This document shows positions 13,580 through 23,127 of a DNA stretch of 64,000 bases, piece by piece. Position 1 is the first letter of the stretch; the number at the start of each line of letters is the position of its first letter. The stretch comes from Balanoglossus misakiensis (lineage: Eukaryota; Animalia; Hemichordata). The position numbers were made by a program, and so were the translations under genes. The notes under the pieces are model-generated. The model saw only the letters and a list, made by a program, of their open reading frames with translations. It was not told the origin of the DNA and ran no database searches. The stretch is taken from assembly GCA_040954595.2 (NCBI GenBank), contig CM082580.2:5756783-5820782 (forward strand). The letters run 5' to 3'.

Positions 13580-14365
13580 TCATTCTCCATCATCATCCTC
13601 AGTGTCATCTTTGTTTCCGTCAACTTTTGTCGGATTCTTTCCGCTGTATTTTCCATAACAGGCAACGGCCATGATGGCCACAATGGCAGCTGCGAGCATG
13701 ATGAGATAAATTGCCCACTTTATCCAGTTACAGATCCACTCCCCGTCACACTTGCACCGGCACATCAGTTTCCCTTCGCACGTGAGATCCTCTTCCTTTG
13801 GGAAATACTTTCCGTGTCTCTCCCCCTTGGCTCTCATCTTCGGCGACATCGTGGAGTGCACGCAGCAGAACGTCCAGTCTTCGCTTTTGATGACCTCCTC
13901 CTCGATGCTGGCGTGTTCTGTAATTATACCGTTGTACTTCTCCAAGATTTCGTCGAAACGATCCGTGTTAGATGTGGCGTTTTCTTGCATGTACCAAAAG
14001 GTCGCTTGCCGCTCCAGTCGTTTCAGTTGAAGAGCCGCCCTGTTGTGGAGTTTTGTCTTCTCGGCGGGACAGTGCTTTATGTCGCCCCGCAGTTCCGTGA
14101 TCTGCGCGCTGATGAACGTGAATATGACGGCGAAAATTGCCGCGTAGAATTGCATCCGGCTTTGCTTGGGAAATGTGATTGAGGAGAGAACAGCGCCACC
14201 GCTGACCGAACTCACTGCCTGACAAACAGAATAGATGTACGTGAGACAACTGTCCAGATCTTCAAAGTAGTTAGCGCTGTAATAATGGGCCTTGCTGTGG
14301 AAGTGCAGGTCGTATGAAACCTCATCCAGCTTCTCTACGATGGCGTCCATTGTTGTGTTGTCCAT
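13580..14365 (-). CDS. SLATT-like protein, paralog 2 (261 aa), with Cys-rich linker, extra C-terminal TM helix and acidic tail
   Basis: ATG at 14365 (MDNTTMDAIV...). Motifs YDLHFHSKAHYYSANYFEDLD, two hydrophobic segments, HCPAEKTKLHNRAALQLKRLER, SEDWTF..VHSTM..K...KG...GKYFP. Then CEGKLMCRCKCDGEWIC, a TM (WAIYLIMLAAAIVAIMAVAC) and DDTEDDDGE. Confidence 0.75.
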   Translation of the reverse strand: MDNTTMDAIVEKLDEVSYDLHFHSKAHYYSANYFEDLDSCLTYIYSVCQAVSSVSGGAVLSSITFPKQSRMQFYAAIFAVIFTFISAQITELRGDIKHCPAEKTKLHNRAALQLKRLERQATFWYMQENATSNTDRFDEILEKYNGIITEHASIEEEVIKSEDWTFCCVHSTMSPKMRAKGERHGKYFPKEEDLTCEGKLMCRCKCDGEWICNWIKWAIYLIMLAAAIVAIMAVACYGKYSGKNPTKVDGNKDDTEDDDGE

Positions 14366-14473
14366 GCTGCCAACAGAATGTGGAAGATAAACAGTCAGTA
14401 CATTTTCTGCTAAATGTATCTGTATGGGAAAACACTTGCGCAAAGCCTGTGAAATGTACTAAAAACAGATCAC

Positions 14474-14580
14474 ACATACATACGTACGTACATACATACA
14501 TACATGCATGCATGATACATACATACATACAATACATACATACATTCAGACGTCCCAGACAGACATACAGACAGACTGAC
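14474..14580. repeat. (CATA)n/(CAGA)n microsatellite
   Basis: Imperfect tetranucleotide runs are directly visible. Confidence 0.85.
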
Positions 14581-15729
14581 ATTTGAGAACGACAAAAGCA
14601 GTGCACTGCTCTCCTTGGTACTGATAAAAGGTCACATTTTTCCTGACAATGTAGGTCGTCAAGTGTGCAGACTACGTGGGTGGGTGTGTTACCACCAACC
14701 GACCTGTGACCCCAGACAACAACCTAGTAAGTAGTATACACGCGACTACATTTATGCCTTTGTGTTTGACCCACCCCAAGTCTATGTCACAATACATTAA
14801 ATCAATTCCAGCAAAATTTGTCCCGAGTTTAGGCGCATGTTTGGAATGAATGCACATGTTGTTGTGGGATTGTGACGACCAGTAATCGAAACTAAATGTA
14901 GGCACCGTACAGTAGGCTCTGAACTTCCTGGTACAAGCTACCGATGGTTGCTATTTAGGAAATTGATTATCTGTACAATTTAGCTTCTACTCAACAAAAC
15001 CTAAATAGCATTGAACCCAATTAGGGTAAATTTTAACCAATAGATTTCAATGTATTGAACCTACCTTGCCCTTGGCCTATTTCTGCACTCACACGCTCAG
15101 AACTGCTCTGTGTGTATGTGTGTGTTTCAGTCAGTTATATAGTTTGAAATATTTTTCGTTGAAGTGTAACTATATTAACCGGGCATGCGTGGGTTATACA
15201 TTAGTTCAAAGTGTATAGGCAATTCAAACTGAAGTAATTTTGGGTGTTGCGAATTGTCTTTTCTGTTGATTGATTGGGTGAGCACCTTTCAAAGACGCCA
15301 TCCATTTAATTATGCAAATGAGCTAGTTACACCCACATGTCAGTATTCTCCCCAGATCAATAGGCCACTTGAATCCCAGTGACATCATGTATAATTCAAC
15401 TCTATATTATTTTATTCATTTTTTTTTTGTAATAGGCAAAACTCATTTTTTGGGCCCCAGGATGAGTTTAACAGTGCACTAATTCGATAGTATGATGGAC
15501 TGTTCCAGAGTTTAAATTCAAAATGGTAAACTCATACTGATAAAAAAAATAAGAAGCTCATTAATATAAGGTGCTTGCGTTGAGTTATGCACATTAGCTA
15601 TGCCTGTTTGTCTTTGACAAAACATTGGCTCAGAAAAAAATTGGGATGTTAACATTCAGCACCACCTCATTATGTAAAGTACAAATTGTACACTTCAGGG
15701 TCTATTCTGCAGAAAAAAATGACAAAACG

Positions 15730-16476
15730 CTAATTCGTTGTCAAAGAGTCTACAAAAGTAACGTTCACGAACTTCCATATGCCAAAGGACGCCAGCAACG
15801 TCCAAGTTGACATGATTACGTAGGGCTCTGCTAAATTCCAATAGTAGACCCACTCTCCACTGCCCGGCCGGGGCGAAAACTTCCCCAGCTCCTTCCCCTT
15901 CTTCACCCATTTTTCCGGCAGCGTTCTGTGCACGCGGCTGAACACCCAGTCCTCGCTGTTGACCAGGTCCTCCTCGATTTTGCCGTGCTCCTCCAGAGTG
16001 CGGTTGTACTCCTGGAGTGTCAGCGACACCTGCTGGGAAGCATCCCCTCCTCCTCCTCCTCGCGGAACGTCCAGCGTCTCCAGCCAGGCCTCCCCTTTCC
16101 TCCTCAGAATCTTCATCCGGCTGGCCGCCGCGTGGTGCAGCCTCTGCTTCCGGGCCGGGGAGTGCTGCGTCCTGTACAGCTCGGTGACCGCCAAGCCGCA
16201 GAAGGAGGCTATGGTGAGGAACACCAGCCCCTGGCTGCCGATGTTCGACTGCCCGGACGAGAGCATCTTGGGCAGCGTGCTCCCCCCGCTGGCGAGGCAG
16301 ACGGCCGAACAGATGATCTTCCACTGCGTCATGCGCCGGTCCAGATTCTCGTAGTGGCCCGCACTGATATAGTGCGCGCGGTAGTGGAAGTGCAGCTCAT
16401 ACAGTTCCAGTTCTACCTTGCGTTTCAATTTCTCGGTTGCGACGACGCTCTTGTCACTAATGTCAGCCTGCTCCAT
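15730..16476 (-). CDS. SLATT-like protein, paralog 3 (248 aa) with hydrophobic C-terminal segment
   Basis: Motifs YELHFHYRAHYISAGHYENLD, two hydrophobic segments (IICSAVCLASGG; GLVFLTIASFCGLAVTEL), HSPARKQRLHHAAASRMKILRRK, SEDWVF..VHRTLPEKWVKKGKELGKF, then YVIMSTWTLLASFGIWKFV. GC-rich codon usage. Confidence 0.78.
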   Translation of the reverse strand: MEQADISDKSVVATEKLKRKVELELYELHFHYRAHYISAGHYENLDRRMTQWKIICSAVCLASGGSTLPKMLSSGQSNIGSQGLVFLTIASFCGLAVTELYRTQHSPARKQRLHHAAASRMKILRRKGEAWLETLDVPRGGGGGDASQQVSLTLQEYNRTLEEHGKIEEDLVNSEDWVFSRVHRTLPEKWVKKGKELGKFSPRPGSGEWVYYWNLAEPYVIMSTWTLLASFGIWKFVNVTFVDSLTTN

Positions 16477-16671
16477 AGCGTCTTCTATATAGATGAGTTA
16501 CTTCAAGTTGTTGTTTAGTTGGCTGTAGTAGAGTACAAAGACAAATAAAATGTGATAAGCAAACAGCAAAGGATGAGGAAAAATGAGCCTAGGCTATATA
16601 CCAATCCTAGGTGCATACGTGTTGGGGTGGGGTGTTGTGTGGAGTGACCTTGGTTAGAGTACAGTGCTACA

Positions 16672-16927
16672 TAGCCTGGTCACCATACCCAGTGTGTTTT
16701 ACTGTCGTTCCCATCTGGCTTCGAACGTTCATGTTGATCTAAATGTTATCACACTTGTGTAATTGGTTTGTGAAGTTGATTCCAACTTTGCTACAGTTGT
16801 TGTACAGTTTATATGCTTTGCGGCAAACACAAACAGGATTAATGGTTTCTTACCCGGTAGGATGCTTCGATGCTTTGCCAGTTTGTAGATAGAGTGTGAG
16901 TCTATCTAAAACACACTGGGTAGCCTA
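16672..16927. mobile_element. Degenerate inverted-repeat element (possible Academ-like MITE) upstream of SLATT-like paralog 3
   Basis: tacccagtgtgtttt (16686-16700) is the reverse complement of aaaacacactgggta (16908-16922). The left side begins TAGCCTGG. Confidence 0.35.
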
Positions 16928-17410
16928 CAAATATCAAAGAGCTGTGAACACACAAACAAGGCACAGCGTCAAACTCTCAAGCAAATTTCTGAGTTAATTG
17001 CATACATGTATATATGCCAGTTTTTATCCCATCGTAAAATCATGACTGTAACTTGGTTATTAATATGTACATGTACTATTTCAAATTCGACGGCAATCCG
17101 AGTCTGATGCCAATCTCAGAACATACATCGTCTCCTCTACATCGACAACATGACACGGAAAAAGTGAAGTCAATCGCCAGAGCAATAAAGGAAAATAACG
17201 TTGACTAACCAGTCTACTCGGCTTTATCTATGTTTCAAAGAAGGCTTGTGAAATAAGAATGAATGCTTTCTGTATCTCTCGCCCTCTTGCCTGCTCGACG
17301 ATGGAGCGATGGCGATGTTGCCTCTCCCTCCTCCAGAGGGCGCCGTCAATGACCTTTGGCTTTTCAGAGACGCAGTGTGTGAACCAAGTGCATAGGAGGA
17401 GTTTGAAAGA

Positions 17411-17448
17411 ACAGTACAGTACAGTACAGTACAGTACAGTACAGTACA
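17411..17448. repeat. (CAGTA)n microsatellite at the left edge of the C1q tandem array
   Basis: Direct reading. Confidence 0.9.
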
Positions 17449-18305
17449 GACCACCATATAAATGTCAAAAGTTAGCAACTTTTGTCCCTTTAATCTCTGG
17501 TGGCCGTGACAGTACGTTCACTGATGCGGTGCTTTAATTTTCTTTCTTTTTATTGCAAAATGTAATGATATTTCCTTTCATGATATTTTTTGCATGGTAG
17601 CTGCATGGTTCAATCTAAACTTGTTTGAGCATAATAATGGTTTGGAAACCAAACAGCGCCACCAAACCTCAAATGCTTGTGGCCTTTTGTTTTTATAAAG
17701 CAGGCTTTAAGAAATCACACTTGAAATTGTCATGATTTTATGTTTTGTTTATCAACATGCTACTGATATTTACACTGTAATTTATCTTGAGGGATAAACA
17801 TGCACCAAAGTTATGTGATGTCCACATCACTCATTGTCGAAAAGGGTTGTTATTTAGATCTGTAATATTTATCATTATATGACACTGACAGAATAGTGTA
17901 GTATACAATGGCAGATTTAAATTATTATAATAGAAATCACACCAAATTTAAAGCACAGAGTGATACGATATGTAGCACTTGATTATCATCCAATTATTAC
18001 TAAAAATTGTAAACAGCAAATCTCAAAATACGTAATACACGCTGCAAACAGCACAAACATTGTTTACATCATCAAGGGACAATGTATGACAGGCATGCTA
18101 TTTTTGTAGTCACCAGCAGTTTGTGGCCATATATGGTGAGAAATTTGCTAGTTTTGGTATTCCGCTTTACTGCAGACTAGAGGTAGGAATTATTTATCAG
18201 CAACTGATGTGCACAAGGTAATGGTATAGTATATCTGATCTTGGGATTAGAAACTTTTTTTCAAGTTTGAAAAGTTGACATTTTGCAAAGTTAATTTATG
18301 AAAGA

Positions 18306-18513
18306 TATATAAAGGTCCACACTTAAAATCTCCCCACGAAAAAGTGGACTTGCTGATATGTAAATTACATGATATCAAAACAACTGCTCCAGTTTCTTAA
18401 ACTTTCACCAAGAAACAACTGCTGCAAGAAAGTGCAGAAGACTTGGCAGAATTCGGAATAGAATCAGAAATATCTTTTGGGTTTGGAGACAACCAAGGAA
18501 CAAAGCAAGCAAG
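18306..18513 (+). promoter_or_regulatory. TATA box and probable first (non-coding) exon of C1q copy 1 (equivalents at ~22366-22590 and ~27181-27401)
   Basis: tatataaag followed ~200 bp later by the donor caag|gtagac. The downstream acceptor ttccag|c lies just before the ATG. Confidence 0.55.
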
Positions 18514-19051
18514 GTAGACTTATAAAATCTTTAATTTTGATCTTAAATATGACAATAAGAACAATTAATAATATTCCCTTTGGTATGTTGTAGAATATCT
18601 AGCTTGCCGCTGAAAAGTTTGTTTTCCTATATTGAGTCAACGCAGCATTTTATAATACTTTCGCAGCAGTCATTGGTTCTTTCACTTTGAGTAAATGCTC
18701 ATTAGAAACTACATGTATTTATCTATCAACAATTTTGGACAGTATTCCCTAGTCCAAAATGTGATAGGATTTTTGATGATGGCATTTGATTACTGCAAGG
18801 ATGAGTGTAGTGCTAATGACAACATACTGAGCAGACATCCTGGTATCATATTCGCTGAACACTGTGTCTTACGTGACTAGACAAGCAAGATGTGTCATGT
18901 GCTTGTCACTTAGGCAGGGTACCAGCTATGGTATCATATGACCAGTTTTTCTAATCAGTTTCCATCAACCAAAAATAAAGATTGTAACTTTTCTTTTGTT
19001 CAAATTAATTATGAAATCTGGTGTAACATTTTTTTATGTTTCACTTCCAGC

Positions 19052-20401
19052 ATGAGTTATTGGCTGATTATGAGTATGCTGCTTGGATTTGTCCACACCA
19101 ACACTGCACAAGTGACTGATGGGGACCAATGTCTGAGTATTTGCCCAGACTCATGGCCTGATATGAGAACTGGTCAAACGGGAATGCCAGGCCAACCAGG
19201 TCCAATTGGAAGACAAGGTAATACTGCCCTCTTTTTGGAGAAAGTTGGTTTCTTTGCCCTGTGTAGCAAGGATGTTCGTTTGGTACAAATGAAGCTGAGT
19301 GATTGAACTTTTGTGATTGGACCAGAGGCGTGGGTGTATCTGTATGTGGAACTTTTGAAAAACAAATTCTGCCTCCAGATGTAATTTAATAGCCTACTTA
19401 AGGAATCATAATCTGAAGTTGAGACACAAAACAGATATTTCAGTGAATAAAAATAAAACTGTCACTAGCTGTCTCTTGAGTTCTGGCACATGACTCACTG
19501 GCAATTGTTCTACTTTTTGTAGGTCAGCCTGGTGTGATAGGTCCTGCAGGGAGTCCAGGGGTCAAAGGTGAACCAGGGGAGAAGGGAGAGAAGGGACATT
19601 TGGCCGCCAAAGGAGAAACAGGTAGTTGTCATCAATAAAAAAATACTACTGCCAGAAAATACTTTAAGTGGTAAAATGCTGAACAATGTTTTAATAATGA
19701 AGAAAACATTTCAAAGAGATATTCTTTCCATTTTTAAAGAGTTGAAATATTTTTGAGACTTTTGAAGACCCAACATATATGTACATGCCCTGCAGGTATT
19801 ATCTGATCTGTAAATTGTTTTGTCTTGAACACTTGAAGGTCACCCTGGTGTCAAAGGTCAAACTGGTTTTCCTGGAAAGATTGGTCCACAGGGTCCAAAA
19901 GGTGAGAGTGGCCAGAATGGAACTGATGGTGTCAAAGGTGAAACTGGAGAAGTTGGGGTCAAAGGTCAGAAAGGTGAAGTGGGTCAAGTACAACAAGCCA
20001 AGGTGGCATTCTCTGTTGGAAGGAGATCTCATGTCATTGGGACTGATTCAGAGCAAACTATCACCTATACTGATGTGATAGTACAAGAAGGTGCCAATAT
20101 TAATATCAACACTGGTGTGTTCACTTGTCAAGTTCCTGGCATCTATTATTTCTCTTTCTCATTCATTTCATACGGTGGTAAATACCTGAACATACGACTC
20201 AAACAGAATAATGAATACAAGTTTGCACTTCTTCGGGCAAATCATTCAGGAAATGATGTTCACTCCCAGAGTGGCATGTTACACCTGAACCAAGGTGATC
20301 AAGTCAAATTAGTGATGTACAGGGGGGACGATTACCGTACACACTATTGTAATCCAGACCATTGCAACACATTCAATGGGTACCTAGTCTACCCTGACTA
20401 A
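19052..20401 (+). CDS. Secreted collagen + gC1q domain protein (C1q/CTRP-like), copy 1, ~275 aa
   Basis: Exons 19052-19217, 19523-19621 (99 bp), 19839-20401. Signal-peptide-like N-terminus, CxxxC, 33 Gly-X-Y-register triplets. gC1q motifs VAFSV, TGVFTCQVPGIYYFSF, SQSGMLHLNQGDQV, NTFNGYLVYPD. Confidence 0.93.
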
Positions 20402-23127
20402 ACCAATCACAATGAAGTAGCAGTCGGTACCCAGTTCAGTCATTGCAACCATCCATTTTGTGGAAGCTTCAGGTCTGAATGGCAAAATACACTTTTGATC
20501 TCATGCACTACAACATCTGACACAACAACATTTTTTTTAATTGGAGAAATGATTGTTTCAAATCATAAATTCATAACATGATTTATTGGATTCAAGTAGT
20601 GTTTGTTTCTTATTCGTTTTCTAGAAATCTTTTATGACCATATAACTAGTTTTCAACTTGAAATTTTATTTCACTTTAGAAATATGTAAGGATATAACCA
20701 GCAATAGTTACAGTTGGAACTAGTGATGTATTGTTTACAGGAGTACCAGTATATTTCCAAAATTGTAGAAATATATGTTCACCAATTGTTACAGATTGGA
20801 TATGAAACTCCAACAAAAGATTTTCACGATTTATATCGAATTAAATTTGACTAAACCATTTTCATTTTCCATGGTTCCCCAAATACTTCAACAGTTTCAA
20901 TTTTTCTAAAATGCTCACCATTTAATGTATATTTCAAGTATACCTTTTTACGTTTAAATCACATTATTTCAACCATTTCACCACCATAGAAGGTCAGGCC
21001 AGCCAAACCTACCATGAGAAAATGGCCGTTATCTACTGCAGTGTTCTTTAAAAATTTATGTGAACATATGTCAATTTAGAATTTGTAAGAAGAATTAGAA
21101 TAAAACAATTAACAACAGTTATCATGTCACTTTAGTTTATTTTTGCAAAATTTGAAAGATCACGATCAAATTCCGTACATAGTTACAATATTAAATAACA
21201 ACTGTTTGCATATCACACACATGTAGGAGTTGAGTATCTCTCTGGGCCCAAGGTAACCATGGTAATTACCTGACAAAGCTGATAACATTTGACAATATTT
21301 TGTTTATTTTAATTTCTTTGATGGTCTTTTCATGTTGTTCTCACTGAATTATGCCAAGTGACTACTTCTTAAACCTTTAGCCACACATGGGTATGATGAG
21401 AATACAATACGTCTACATGATAATTTTTGGTACTGACAAAAAATTAAACGGTTTGTGTGTAATATCCATGTATGGGTTGTGAACTGAGCCCTGACAACTG
21501 GTCAGTGAGCGTGTTTCTGTGTCACTAGAACACCATATAAATGTCAAAAGTTAGCAACTTTTGTCCCTTTAATCTCTGGTGGCCGTGACAGTACTTTCAC
21601 TGATAAGGTGCTTTTATTTTCCTTCTTTTTATTAATGATATATCCTTTCATGATATTTTTTGCATGGTAGCTGCGTGGTTCAATCTAAACTTGTTTGAGC
21701 ATAATAATGGTTTGGAAACCAAACAGCGCCACCAAACCTTAAATGCTTGTGGCCTTTTGTTTTTATATAGCAGGTTTAAGAAACCACACTTGAAATTGTC
21801 ATGATTTTATGTTTTGTTTATCAACATGCTACTGATATTTACACTGTCATTTATCTTGAGGGATAAACATAAACCAAAGTTATGTCATGTCCACATCACT
21901 CATTGTCGAAAAGGGTTGTTATTTAGATCTGTAATATTTATCATTATATGACACTGACAGAATAGTGTAGTATACAATGGCAGATTTAAATTATTATAAT
22001 AGAAATCACACCAAATTAAAGCACAGAGTGATACGATATGTAGCACTTGATTATCATCCAATTATTACCAAAAAATGTAAACAGCAAATGTCAAAATACA
22101 CGCTGCAAACAGCACAAACATTGTTTACATCATCAAGGGACAATGTATGACAGGAATGCTATTTTTGTAGTCACCAGCAGTTGGTGGCCATATATGGTGA
22201 GAAATTTGCTAGTTTTGGTATTCCACTTTACTGCAGAATGGAGGTAGAATTATTTATCAGCAACTGATGTGCACAAGGAAATGATATAGTATATCTCACC
22301 TTGGGATTAGAAACTTTTTTTCAAGTTTGAAAAGCTGACATTTTGCAAAGTTAATTTATGAAAGATATATAAAGGTCCACAAGTGTGTAACAGCTTCACT
22401 TAAAATCTCCCCACGAAAAAGTGGACTTGCTGATATGTAAATTACATGATATCAAAACAACTGCTTCAGTTTCTTAAACTTTCACCAAGAAACAACTGCT
22501 GCAAGAAAGTGCAGAAGACTTGGCAGAATTTGGAATAGAATCAGAAATATCTTTTGGGTTTGGAGACAACCAAGGAACAAAGCAAGCAAGGTAGACTTAT
22601 AAATCTTTAATTTTGATCTTAAATATGACAACAAGAACAGTTTGACAATTAATAATATTCCCTTTGGCATGCGATACAATATCTAGCTTGCCGCTGAAAA
22701 GTTTGTTTTCCTATATTGAGTCAACGCAGCATTTTATAATACTTTCGCAGCAGTCATTGGTTCTTTCACTTTGAGTAAATGCTCATTAGAAACTACATGC
22801 ATTTATCTTCCAACAAATTGTGGCAGTATTCCCTAGTCCAAAATGTGATAGGATTTTTGGTGATGGCATTTTATTACTGCAGGGATGGGTGAAGTGCTGA
22901 TGACAACATACTGAGCAGACATCCTGGTATCATATTCACTGAACACTGTGTCTTACGTGACTAGACAAGCATCATGTGCTTGTCACTTAGGCAGGGTACC
23001 AGCCATGGTATCATATGACCAGTTTTTCTAATCAGTTTCCATCAACCAAAAAGAAAGTTTGTAATTTTTTTTTGTTCAAATTAATTATAAAATCTGGTGT
23101 AACATTTTTTTATGTTTCACTTCCAGC

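Noticed and set aside
15310-15325. Octamer ATGCAAAT as an immune-gene promoter element near SLATT-like genes (also ~2275)
   Set aside because: A short motif expected by chance in AT-rich DNA and common in repeats, with no supporting context.
650-16476. Bacterial contamination as the source of the SLATT-like ORFs
   Set aside because: The ORFs are interleaved with multi-exon animal genes, microsatellites and a SINE. There is no operon structure and no CD-NTase, SLOG or RT partner gene in the window.
15695-16518. Overlapping alternative-frame and antisense ORFs (also 781-1219, 7334-8008, 11988-12589, 36186-37200)
   Set aside because: Shadow ORFs of GC-rich real exons with no recognisable motifs.
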